Source of the DNA: Candidatus Iainarchaeum sp.
GTDB lineage: Archaea; Iainarchaeota; Iainarchaeia; Iainarchaeales; UBA10219
Assembly: GCA_018304425.1 (NCBI GenBank)
Contig: JAGVWE010000004.1
Location: forward strand, 64,001-128,000
Direction: 5' to 3'
Length of the DNA: 64,000 nucleotides
In this document: piece after piece, positions 38,186 to 46,497 of the stretch
Numbering within the stretch: the stretch's first letter is position 1
How the letters are laid out: the number at the start of each line of letters is the position of its first letter
Made by a program: the position numbers and the translations under genes
Notes under the pieces: generated by a model
What the model saw: only the letters and a program-made list of their open reading frames with translations
Databases searched by the model: none
What the model was told of the DNA's origin: nothing

Positions 38186-38901
38186 TCGATTTCTACCTCG
38201 GGCTTCTTCGAGCCCACTACCAACACGTTCCGTTCAACGGTCTGGAATTCCTCACTACCCGCCTGCAAGCCAATCAGCTTGGGCCTGGACATGGTTCCTT
38301 CCACGACCTCCTTCACTTCGGCCACGGTTCCCACGTGGGTTCCCTGAATGAGGTACACCACGTGGCCCTTCTTCAATTCAAGCACGCCGGCAATCTTCCG
38401 CGCCGGCAACTCGAGTTTCAACGTCGAACCCACGCGGACGGCATTCTTTTCATCCATTAAGGTCGTGCCATCGTCCAAGGTAAGCTGCTGCTTTCCACCG
38501 GGCAGGGTGTGCTTGCGCAGCACCTTGCAGAGCTTGAAAGAAGCCTCCTTGCCGTCCAATTCCCTGAACCGGAGCCTCCCCTTGTTGTCCAGCAATGCGC
38601 GGTACTTTTTCTTGGCCTGCACGACGTCAAGCACGTCAAACAACCCCACCGGGAACCGCAGTTCCTTTCGCCGGACGCCGTTCACCTTGACTTCCGAGTT
38701 GTTCAACACCAGCCGTGCTTCCTTCTCGTTGTCCACCACTTGGAGGAGGTTCCTCAACGCGAACACGAGCGGCACGGAACGACTGCGGTTATGCGGCCCC
38801 GGAATCGTCTTCGTCGTCCAAGCCGTTTCCTTCCGGTTGAAATGCCTAACGACTGGCACGGAAAGTGCCTTCTGCGCCTTTGACTCACCTTTCTTCGCCA
38901 T
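38182..38901 (-). CDS. rps4e: 30S ribosomal protein eS4
   Basis: PGPH, FPVGLFDV, GTHVG. Confidence 0.96.
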   Translation of the reverse strand: MAKKGESKAQKALSVPVVRHFNRKETAWTTKTIPGPHNRSRSVPLVFALRNLLQVVDNEKEARLVLNNSEVKVNGVRRKELRFPVGLFDVLDVVQAKKKYRALLDNKGRLRFRELDGKEASFKLCKVLRKHTLPGGKQQLTLDDGTTLMDEKNAVRVGSTLKLELPARKIAGVLELKKGHVVYLIQGTHVGTVAEVKEVVEGTMSRPKLIGLQAGSEEFQTVERNVLVVGSKKPEVEIE

Positions 38902-38904
38902 GCT

Positions 38905-39294
38905 TTATCCCTTTCTTTCCTTTCCCTTCTTGGCCGCCTTACCCCCCAACCGGAGGGCGTCAGCGGATTCTATCTCTTCAATCACCAAGTTACTGGGCCG
39001 CACCGGCACCAAAATCTCCTTTCCATCGGCTTTCCTGCGCTTCAAGCCCTCGATGAACACGAAGCCCTTGGTCCGGTCCACCCGCGAAATCTTCCCCGAA
39101 AAGCCCGCCCGGCCGCCCCGCACCAGCTTCACCTTGTCACCCTTCCGCACCGGCACAGCGCGCTTGCCCAGGCTCTTCCTCAGCTCCCCACTCAAGTGAG
39201 CCGACACCAGGACCTTCCGCTTGTGCAGGGGAAGGTTATACCAGGCCTTCCGCTGTTTTCCAGGCTTACTGCTTTCCGTCAACGCAACACCCAT
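38905..39294 (-). CDS. rpl24: 50S ribosomal protein uL24
   Basis: SSKPGKQRK, KGDKVKLVRG, PSN. Confidence 0.96.
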   Translation of the reverse strand: MGVALTESSKPGKQRKAWYNLPLHKRKVLVSAHLSGELRKSLGKRAVPVRKGDKVKLVRGGRAGFSGKISRVDRTKGFVFIEGLKRRKADGKEILVPVRPSNLVIEEIESADALRLGGKAAKKGKERKG

Positions 39295-39303
39295 GCTTTC
39301 ACC

Positions 39304-39702
39304 TTACACGATGGCCGGCGCCAGGCCCGCGACCTTCGGCCAGCGCTCACCCACTTCCTTTGCCACTACTCCCTTGATCTCGGAGCCCTTCGGCAGGCCC
39401 TTGTCATCCACCAACACCACGGCATTGTCCTCGAACTTCACGCGCACGCCGTCCACCCGCCGGTACTCCTTCCTCACGCGCACAATCACGGCGCGCTCCA
39501 CTTTCTTCCGGATTTCGGGTTTCCCCTTCTTCACGACCACGTTCACGAGGTCAGCGATGCCGGCCTGCGGCTGCTGCCGCTTCTTTCCCTTGAACCCGAA
39601 GACGCTGATGATCTCGCAGATCTTCGCGCCCGAGTTGTCCGCGCACGTGCACCACGACTTCTTGGTCAACCCCTTGGTCGGCGTTGCGTTAATGGCTTTC
39701 AT
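39304..39702 (-). CDS. rpl14: 50S ribosomal protein uL14
   Basis: ADNSGAK, FEDNAVV. Confidence 0.97.
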   Translation of the reverse strand: MKAINATPTKGLTKKSWCTCADNSGAKICEIISVFGFKGKKRQQPQAGIADLVNVVVKKGKPEIRKKVERAVIVRVRKEYRRVDGVRVKFEDNAVVLVDDKGLPKGSEIKGVVAKEVGERWPKVAGLAPAIV

Positions 39703-39713
39703 AATCGCACCTT

Positions 39714-40127
39714 TTACTCCTTGCCCTCTTCCTTTACCGGGGCCTTGCCCTTGGGCCCCTTCTTTTCCTTGAACGCCTTGCCCACGTCCTCGTGGGAAAC
39801 GGCCTTCGCGTGGCCCTCCACGCTCAAAATCGTGAACGCCTTGGTCTTGCTGAGCTTCCGGGTTTCCCCAATCCGGACGACGTCCTGTTCTTTCGCGCCA
39901 ATGCACCGGGGATTGTGCGCGACCAGCCTGCTCCGCACGTTCTTATACCGCTCGTACTTGTGCACGTAATGGGTGAGGGTCCGCTCAACGATGGCCGTCT
40001 TGTCGGCCTTCGCGCTCACCACGCGGCCCGTGAAAATGTTTCCACGCACCTTAACCCCTCCGTGAACCGCGCACTTGCCGTCATTGCACACGCCAACTTC
40101 CCTTGCCATGGGTTCAGCCATAATCAT
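39714..40127 (-). CDS. rps17: 30S ribosomal protein uS17
   Basis: C..HG.V.VRG, KYERY, ETRKLSKTK. Confidence 0.96.
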   Translation of the reverse strand: MIMAEPMAREVGVCNDGKCAVHGGVKVRGNIFTGRVVSAKADKTAIVERTLTHYVHKYERYKNVRSRLVAHNPRCIGAKEQDVVRIGETRKLSKTKAFTILSVEGHAKAVSHEDVGKAFKEKKGPKGKAPVKEEGKE

Positions 40128-40459
40128 CCCATCCCCTTTTCCCGGAATTCCTTCTTCCGAAATTCTTTCTTCCGAAAGAACAGCTTGACGCGGTCCTCGG
40201 GCCTCGCCACCAGCCGCTTCCCATCCACTTCCACTGCTTCGCCGCCCACCTCGACCAGGAACAGGGCCTCGTTCTTCGGCACCCGCTTCTCCCGGCCCCT
40301 GGACTCCAATACCAGCACGTTCCGGGTCTCGTCCACGATTCTTCCCCCGAAACCCGCCCGGCCGCGGTCCGAGGAAGCCAGTACCCTGGCCTCCAAGCCG
40401 ATGAGCTCGTGGCCCAAGAGGTTTTCCGCTGAAATGCAATAATGCCCGGTCTTAATCAT
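40124..40459 (-). CDS. rnp1: RNase P protein Rpp29 (Rnp1)
   Basis: HELIGL, GRIVDETRN, RPEDR. Confidence 0.95.
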   Translation of the reverse strand: MIKTGHYCISAENLLGHELIGLEARVLASSDRGRAGFGGRIVDETRNVLVLESRGREKRVPKNEALFLVEVGGEAVEVDGKRLVARPEDRVKLFFRKKEFRKKEFREKGMG

Positions 40460-40479
40460 TTTTCCACCTTTAATGCAAC

Positions 40480-40782
40480 TCACGAATCAATCAATTCCTG
40501 TTTATAGCCTTCCTGGAGCAGGATTTCCTTGGCCCGCTTCCGGTGCTCTCCCTGCAATTCAATCACGGTTCCCCGCAAGGTGCCACCACACGCGAGCTTG
40601 CTCTTCAGCGTCTTCGCCAACTCCTTGGCGATTTTCGCGTCCTCCACGCCCGAGATGATGGTCACAATCTTGCCAAACCTCCGCCGCAACGTCCCAATCC
40701 GGACTTTCTGGCTCTCCTTCGCGATTTCCTTGCAGACGCAGAGGTTCGTTGGCAAACCACAGGTAACGCACACCGTGTCCAT
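40480..40782 (-). CDS. Translation initiation factor aIF1 (SUI1)
   Basis: CGLP..LCVC, RRFGK, LKSKLACGGT, IELQGEH. Confidence 0.96.
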   Translation of the reverse strand: MDTVCVTCGLPTNLCVCKEIAKESQKVRIGTLRRRFGKIVTIISGVEDAKIAKELAKTLKSKLACGGTLRGTVIELQGEHRKRAKEILLQEGYKQELIDS

Positions 40783-41007
40783 TTACTTGGCCTCACCCCT
40801 TGCATCCACTTGCTTGGCTTCCGCCTTCTGACCCATAATCGTCAACACCCGCGCAATGCCCCGCCGCAGGTTCCTGATTTTCGCCGGCTTCTCGGCCCTC
40901 GACCCCGAAGCCACTGAAGCCCGTTCCTTGGTCAGGTCCGTGCGCAACTGCACGAGCCGCTCCTCGAGCTCCACCACGCTGAGCTCCCGCAATTCACTGG
41001 CCCGCAA
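40783..41007 (-). CDS. rpl29: 50S ribosomal protein uL29
   Basis: ELRELS, IRNLRRGIARVLT. Confidence 0.94.
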   Translation of the reverse strand: MRASELRELSVVELEERLVQLRTDLTKERASVASGSRAEKPAKIRNLRRGIARVLTIMGQKAEAKQVDARGEAK

Positions 41008-41869
41008 CGGTCTCGCCTCCCTCTGTGGCTGCCGTAGGTGCAGCGGCTTCCACGGCCTTCGGCTCCTTCTTCGCTTCGCCCGACACAGGTTCCACTGGCT
41101 TTGCCTCCGCGGCTGCCTTCTTCCCTTCCACGGTTCCGGCCTTTGCCTCGGCTTTTGCCTCGGCCTTCGGCACCTCGGCCACGGCCTCGGCCGGCGCCGC
41201 CGGCGAAACCGCCACCGGTGCCACCGGCGCAGCCGGCTCGCTTTTCCCGGCCTCGCCCGCCGCCTTCTTCTTGAGTATCTCGGAAATGCTGACCTTGTCC
41301 GGGAACACGGTGTCCGGGTGCACGATCCGCACCTTTATCCCAATGGCCCCCACCTTCGGGTAGGCCGCGGCCTTGGCGTAGTCCACGAGCTTGACCTGGT
41401 CGCCCACCTTCTTCATGTAGCCTTCCGCGATCCGCTGCTGCTTCTTCCGGCCGCCCTTGCCAGTAATCTTCCCAGAAACAATGATTTCAACGCCTTGCGC
41501 GCTGGCTTCCATGATGTCCCGCAACGTGCGGTAGGCCACGCTCCGCCACGAATACCCGCGTTCAATCAAGGACTTGATCTTGTCCGCCATGGCCTGCGCG
41601 TCCAACGCCGGCTGCGTAATCTCCTTTATCTCCAACTGCGGGTTCTCGATGCCGAACCGCTTGCCCAGCGTCTCCGTCAGGGTCCGGATGTTGGCGCCGG
41701 ACTTTCCAATGGCCAGCCCCGGCCGCGTGACATTGACCACGATTCTCGTCACCAGGGGCGTCTTCAAGACCTCGGCCTTGGTGAAGCCTGCCTTGTCCAG
41801 CTCCTTCTTCAGGTACTGCTCCAGCTCCATGCGCTTGATGCCCTGCTCCACGAAAATCCTCTCGATCAT
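40994..41869 (-). CDS. rps3: 30S ribosomal protein uS3
   Basis: RPGLAIG, GVEIIVSGK, GIKVRI; long Ala/Glu/Lys/Pro tail. Confidence 0.97.
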   Translation of the reverse strand: MIERIFVEQGIKRMELEQYLKKELDKAGFTKAEVLKTPLVTRIVVNVTRPGLAIGKSGANIRTLTETLGKRFGIENPQLEIKEITQPALDAQAMADKIKSLIERGYSWRSVAYRTLRDIMEASAQGVEIIVSGKITGKGGRKKQQRIAEGYMKKVGDQVKLVDYAKAAAYPKVGAIGIKVRIVHPDTVFPDKVSISEILKKKAAGEAGKSEPAAPVAPVAVSPAAPAEAVAEVPKAEAKAEAKAGTVEGKKAAAEAKPVEPVSGEAKKEPKAVEAAAPTAATEGGETVAGQ

Positions 41870-42339
41870 CGCGCTTCCCTCACAACCACTTCAATGTGGG
41901 CCGACTTCGCCTGCCGCATCTTCCCCGAAATCTTTCCCTTGGCCTGGTGGCTCACGCGCCTGAACCCAATGGAGGCAAACGAGTGCCAAATGACCAGGTT
42001 CTCCGAGTCCAGGCCCTTCACGTCCGCGTTGGCCTTCACCGCGTGCAACAACTTCAAAAACACTTTCACGGTCTTGTCCGCGTACCGGCCGGCCTTGCCA
42101 AAGCTCTTCGCCCGCCCCTTCCGGTGCGGCACCTTCTTGTGGTAGACCCGCAGGGGAATGAAGTCCTCGTGCGCGAGCACGCGGTTCAGCCACTGGATGC
42201 TCGAGTCCAGGCGCTGGCCCTTGACTTCCCGCGCGATTTCCGTGGCAAACTTGACGGAAGCGTTGGCGTTGGCGTGCACGGCCTTCGCAATCTTGGCCTG
42301 GTTTTCCCCCAAATCCACCTGATAGTTTTCCTTCACCAT
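41866..42339 (-). CDS. rpl22: 50S ribosomal protein uL22
   Basis: VPHRKG, GRY..K, NADVKGL, HIEVV. Confidence 0.96.
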   Translation of the reverse strand: MVKENYQVDLGENQAKIAKAVHANANASVKFATEIAREVKGQRLDSSIQWLNRVLAHEDFIPLRVYHKKVPHRKGRAKSFGKAGRYADKTVKVFLKLLHAVKANADVKGLDSENLVIWHSFASIGFRRVSHQAKGKISGKMRQAKSAHIEVVVREAR

Positions 42340-42348
42340 GTCTATCCC

Positions 42349-42750
42349 TTATCCTCTCGCCGTAATGGCCGTGCTCGACTTGGTCGCGCCGATTCCGGCC
42401 TTTCCGTGCGAGAGCCTCTTCCGCGTAAGCGCAAACTCCCCCAAGTAATGGCCAATCATTTTCTCGACGATGTCCACCTGGCCCCAGTCCTTCCCCTTGT
42501 ACACGAGGAACCGCAACCCCACCATCTTGGGCAAAATCATGGCATCCCGCTTGTGCGTGCGGATGGGCTTCGGCTCCTTGCCGTGCTTCTTCGCTTCAAG
42601 GGCCCGGTCCACGGTCTTCAACAAGGCCTTGTCCTGGCCCCGCCGCAGGTTCCGCCGTCCCCTGGAAGTCATCAACCGCCCCAACTGGGTCTCATCCATT
42701 TCCTGCAACTGATCCAATGCAATGCCCCTGAAATTGAAGTCCTTCGCCAT
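42349..42750 (-). CDS. rps19: 30S ribosomal protein uS19
   Basis: RTHKRD, MIGHYLGEF, GIGATKSS. Confidence 0.97.
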   Translation of the reverse strand: MAKDFNFRGIALDQLQEMDETQLGRLMTSRGRRNLRRGQDKALLKTVDRALEAKKHGKEPKPIRTHKRDAMILPKMVGLRFLVYKGKDWGQVDIVEKMIGHYLGEFALTRKRLSHGKAGIGATKSSTAITARG

Positions 42751-42762
42751 GCGTTTTCACCC

Positions 42763-43485
42763 TTACTTCTTCTTCCTGCCCGTCCTGCTCGAGGCAATGG
42801 CCCCGACCTTTCTCCCCGGAGGCGCGTGCCTGGACGTGGACTTCGACTTTCCAGCGTGGTGCTGGCTGCCGCCGAACGGGTGGTCCAAGGGGTTCATCGC
42901 AACGCCCCTCACCAAAGGATACTTGTGGTGCGAGGCATGCATCTTGTGGAACATGGAACCAGCCTTCAGCAACGGCTTTTCAACCCTTCCCCCGCCAGCC
43001 GACAAGCCAATCGTGGCACGGCACAGGGGATTCAACTGCGTGGTCTTGCCGGACGGCAGCTTCACGTAAACATACTTCTTGTCCTTCGTCACAATCAAGC
43101 CATACAAGCCCGAGCTCTTGACCAGCCGGCCGCCATCCCCTGGATTCAACTCGATGTTGAACACCGGGCAGCCTTCCACGATTTCCCCCAACGGCAACAC
43201 GTTCCCAACGTCCAACGCGGCCTTCTTCCCATACTGGAGGTTTTGCCCCACCGAAATGCCTTCCGGCGCGACCTGGAAGCCCCTCCGGTTGTCTTCAAAC
43301 AACAATTCCGCGACGATGCCGGTTCGGCCGGCATCCGTGACCAGGTCCATTACCTCGGCCCGGAACACGCCTTCCTTCTGCGGCTCGTTATAGTCCACGT
43401 ACTTCACGTCGGCAACGCCCCGGCCCGAAGCCCGGTACGTGGGGCTGCCCTTTCCAGCCCGCTGCGTTCGAGTCCTTTTACCCAT
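42763..43485 (-). CDS. rpl2: 50S ribosomal protein uL2
   Basis: MGKR, VRGVAMNPLDHPFGG, PPGRKVG. Confidence 0.98.
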   Translation of the reverse strand: MGKRTRTQRAGKGSPTYRASGRGVADVKYVDYNEPQKEGVFRAEVMDLVTDAGRTGIVAELLFEDNRRGFQVAPEGISVGQNLQYGKKAALDVGNVLPLGEIVEGCPVFNIELNPGDGGRLVKSSGLYGLIVTKDKKYVYVKLPSGKTTQLNPLCRATIGLSAGGGRVEKPLLKAGSMFHKMHASHHKYPLVRGVAMNPLDHPFGGSQHHAGKSKSTSRHAPPGRKVGAIASSRTGRKKK

Positions 43486-43593
43486 CAGCGGTCACGCCCC
43501 CCTGGGAAGCGCGTACGTGCCCTGTTTCGCCCTGCGGGGGCTCAACAGGGCGGTAGTAATTCCCGCCTTCCGGTCGATTTGTTCCATAAACAT
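43486..43593 (-). repeat. Structured intergenic element upstream of uL2 (tandem-GA hairpin, 33-aa uORF, SD)
   Basis: 43486-43519 is identical (34 nt) to 44916-44949. Hairpin GCCCUGUU-GA-GCCC-ccgca-GGGC-GA-AACAGGGC. Confidence 0.85.
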
Positions 43594-44084
43594 TACAATA
43601 CACCCAGTTTCGTCGCCAATTCATCCGCCTTAAACGCCTTGTTGATTTTCACGAACGCCTTCTTCCGGGCCTTCATGTCCCGGCAAACGTTCACGCGGTC
43701 AACCTTGACATTGTACATGGTTTCAACCGCCTTCCGCACATCCGCCTTCGTGGCCTTCCGGTTCACGACGAACACGATCTTGTTCTCGCCGTCAATCATG
43801 TTCACGGCCTTCTCGGAAACCAGGGGATACTCCAGCACCTCATACACCTTCAAGGCACCGGTCTGCTCCAGTTGCCGCTCGTCGAACTTGACCGCGCTCT
43901 CCTTGCCCATTGCCTTTCCGGCATCCTTTTTTCCGGCGTGCGCCCCTTCCTTGGCAGCGTGGGCCTGCTGCGCGTGCTTGGGGTGCACCTTGCCCGCCAT
44001 GCGTTCCCGGGATGCGGTAACCTTGCGGTTGGCCTTGGAGGGCTTCCTGCCCATTGACTTTCCCTTGGGGTTCGGTCGTTCCAT
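43593..44084 (-). CDS. rpl23: 50S ribosomal protein uL23 with a ~75-aa N-terminal extension
   Basis: PLVSEKA, ENKIVFVV, KKAFVK, ATKLGVL. Confidence 0.95.
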   Translation of the reverse strand: MERPNPKGKSMGRKPSKANRKVTASRERMAGKVHPKHAQQAHAAKEGAHAGKKDAGKAMGKESAVKFDERQLEQTGALKVYEVLEYPLVSEKAVNMIDGENKIVFVVNRKATKADVRKAVETMYNVKVDRVNVCRDMKARKKAFVKINKAFKADELATKLGVL

Positions 44085-44085
44085 G

Positions 44086-44916
44086 TCAGTTCACCAGGTA
44101 CTTGGCCAATGCATTCAAGGCCCCTTCCGTCCACAACGTCAACCGGCCCGGCAGGGTTCCAGGCGCCAGCAATTCCGCGTTGAGGTTCCGCACCTCAACG
44201 ACATCCACGCCCTCGAGGTTCCTCGCCGCCTTGTAAACCTTGGCCGGCTTTTCCGTGACAATCAACAAGCTCTTGGCCCGCTTGTACTTCCTTCCCCGCG
44301 TCTTCCCGCGGCCCGGGCGCACCTTTTTGCGGGCCTTGGCCTTTTCAACGTCGCCATACACGTTCAAGGCAGTCAACACGGCCGCCACTTCCCTGGCCTT
44401 CACGAGCTCCTCGAACCGGGCTTCCACGACCAGGGGAAGGCGCTTGGCCTCGAACCGGTGTCCCCGGGCCCTCACCAACGCCACATCCGCGGTCGCGGCA
44501 ATCGCGGCCGCCACGGCCTTCCTCCGCTCCTTGTCATTGATTCTTTCCACGATGACGCGGTCCTTGTTCAACCGGTGCACCCTGGGACCGCCCACGGCGT
44601 GCGGCACTCCCGCCACCCTTCCCTGCAACAAATACCTTCTGTTCCTGAGCCTGGGCAGCCTCGCGTGCTCCACGTTAATCGTGCGGTACATGGCCGGCTT
44701 TTGCCTGGAGCCAATGTATTGCGCGGTCATGTCCCTTCCCGCCCTCGTGCTCGGGCCCTTGGGCTGGATTCTCCCGGTTTGCACGGCGATGACCGCCCGC
44801 TTGATCAAGCCCAGGTCCACTTCGGACTCGAACACCCGGGGCAACCCGATTTCGCGGAGTTTCTTGCCCTCCAAGGAAAGCACTTCCGCCTTCGTTTCAG
44901 CTTTCGCATCCACCAC
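44086..44916 (-). CDS. rpl4: 50S ribosomal protein uL4 (GTG start, exact position uncertain)
   Basis: AVGG, INDKERRKA, RPGRGKTRGR, LLAPGTLPGRLTLWT. Confidence 0.96.
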   Translation of the reverse strand: MVDAKAETKAEVLSLEGKKLREIGLPRVFESEVDLGLIKRAVIAVQTGRIQPKGPSTRAGRDMTAQYIGSRQKPAMYRTINVEHARLPRLRNRRYLLQGRVAGVPHAVGGPRVHRLNKDRVIVERINDKERRKAVAAAIAATADVALVRARGHRFEAKRLPLVVEARFEELVKAREVAAVLTALNVYGDVEKAKARKKVRPGRGKTRGRKYKRAKSLLIVTEKPAKVYKAARNLEGVDVVEVRNLNAELLAPGTLPGRLTLWTEGALNALAKYLVN

Positions 44917-45020
44917 AGCGGTCACGCCCCCCTGGGAAGCGCGTACGTGTCCCATCTCGCCCCGAAGGGGCTCGATGGGACGGTAGTACTGCCGACGTTC
45001 CAGTTAAATTCATTCACCAT
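44916..45020 (-). repeat. Structured intergenic element upstream of uL4 (tandem-GA hairpin, 32-aa uORF, SD)
   Basis: GUCCCAUC-GA-GCCC-cuucg-GGGC-GA-GAUGGGAC; its 3' 34 nt are identical to the uL2 copy. Confidence 0.85.
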
Positions 45021-45030
45021 AAAAATCAAC

Positions 45031-46194
45031 CTACTTCTTCTTCCCTTCCAGGCCTTCCTTGATGAGGTCGGCAGCCGACTTCTTGGCTTCCTTCTTTTCT
45101 TCTTCGACCCTCACCTTGTGCGCGGCCTTTTCCTCGAGTTCCACGACCGCGACCTTGTCATCCGCGTGGACCTTCCGCCTCTTCGGCGAAATGACTTTCA
45201 CGTTCGACAAAAAATACCGGTTGTCCGGCGTCGGCCGCGAAGCAAACCGCAGGGCCACCGCCCGCTTCTCAGGGCCCGGAATAGAGCCCCCCAACAACAG
45301 GTAATCGTTCTTGACCACGCCGTAATTCGGGAAACCCGCGGGCGGGTTCACTTCCCCGAGGTCATCGCTGATGCGCACGATGCGCTTGTTGAACTCGGTC
45401 CGGTTATGGTACCCCATCTGGCCCGCGCGCGCAACCGTCCACATGACCGTTGCAGGGTGCCAGGGACCGATGGAACCCACCACGTTCTGGGTCTTGGCCT
45501 TCGGCCGGTGGCTTTTCACGCCAAACCGCTTGACCACGCCCGTGAACCCGTGCCCAACCGTAACCGCTTTAACGTCCACGAACTGCCTTTCCTTGAACAC
45601 TTCCTGGACCGTCAACTCGTTGCCCAGCTTTTGCCCGGCATACGCGAACTGCTCGTCCAACGAACCCGAAAGCTTGACCTCGGAAACGTCCGCCACCTTC
45701 TTCCCCGACTGGGTGAGGCTCGGCTGCGAGTGCACCAGCAACCGCAGTTCATCCACCTGGGACTTGAGCTTCTCCAGGTCCGCTAGCGTCTTGTGCGCGG
45801 GCCGGTCCTTTTTCTTCTTCGACTTGCGCCGCTTGAACCAGTCTCCCACGCGTTCCCGGAAAAACTTGTCCGGCTTTTCCACGGTCGCCTCTCCAACGGT
45901 CTTCAAACCATTCACGGAATGCTTGTACGCGCGCACGCCGTACACGCGCAGGGGCGGCGCTTCGACAACCGTCAAGGGCACACTGACTTCCAAGCCGAAC
46001 GAAGTCGTCTTCGGGGCCTCGTTCCGGCCCATGCCGTGCACCATGCCGGCCTTGTACGCCAAAAAATTCAGGGGCGACGCGCCCTTGACATCAGCGGGAG
46101 CCGGAAACGAGCTAAAGCTCGGCGTCTCCTTGCGGGCGCGCACGCGCGGATAAAAGGCCTTTGACCCCGAGTGGGGCTTGTGAATTCTCACCAT
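45031..46194 (-). CDS. rpl3: 50S ribosomal protein uL3
   Basis: YKAGM, GHGFTGVVKRFG, AGQMGYHNRTE. Confidence 0.98.
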   Translation of the reverse strand: MVRIHKPHSGSKAFYPRVRARKETPSFSSFPAPADVKGASPLNFLAYKAGMVHGMGRNEAPKTTSFGLEVSVPLTVVEAPPLRVYGVRAYKHSVNGLKTVGEATVEKPDKFFRERVGDWFKRRKSKKKKDRPAHKTLADLEKLKSQVDELRLLVHSQPSLTQSGKKVADVSEVKLSGSLDEQFAYAGQKLGNELTVQEVFKERQFVDVKAVTVGHGFTGVVKRFGVKSHRPKAKTQNVVGSIGPWHPATVMWTVARAGQMGYHNRTEFNKRIVRISDDLGEVNPPAGFPNYGVVKNDYLLLGGSIPGPEKRAVALRFASRPTPDNRYFLSNVKVISPKRRKVHADDKVAVVELEEKAAHKVRVEEEKKEAKKSAADLIKEGLEGKKK

Positions 46195-46497
46195 GGGTTG
46201 CCACCTTGGCTCCCAAAATTAGTACTTTGCCCGGTGGATGGGGGACCCTCAACAGGCAACTGCGCTTAAAACCCAAAAAAAGGCCTAAAACAGGCATTTT
46301 CTCAGTATTTACATCCCATGCGGCTTGCAAGGGAAGCAGTGTACTAATTACTACAATGAATTACCCTGGAAGGCTTTAAAAAGCTTGGCTCGCCGGGTTC
46401 CAAACCCATCCACCCACCCGATTTTATGTATAAGGAAACAGGGAGGGGAAAGAAAAAGGAGAAAAGGAAAAAGAAAAAGAAAGAGGGAAAAAGAAAG

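Noticed and set aside
43486-45020. Reading the twin 34-nt repeat as a CRISPR repeat, H/ACA guide or BHB mRNA intron
   Set aside because: Only two copies 1.4 kb apart with genes between; no 3' ACA box or bulged K-turn; no convincing bulge-helix-bulge at the borders, and uL2 has a normal start.
41896-45786. 1296-aa + strand ORF, and similar long ORFs at 30-1457, 15065-17209, 17896-19695 and 31810-33585
   Set aside because: Antisense shadows of conserved - strand genes in GC-rich, codon-biased DNA; no recognisable motifs.
46431-46496. Long purine tract on the + strand
   Set aside because: It is a U-rich tract downstream of the 46498 gene on the - strand, consistent with an ordinary archaeal terminator.
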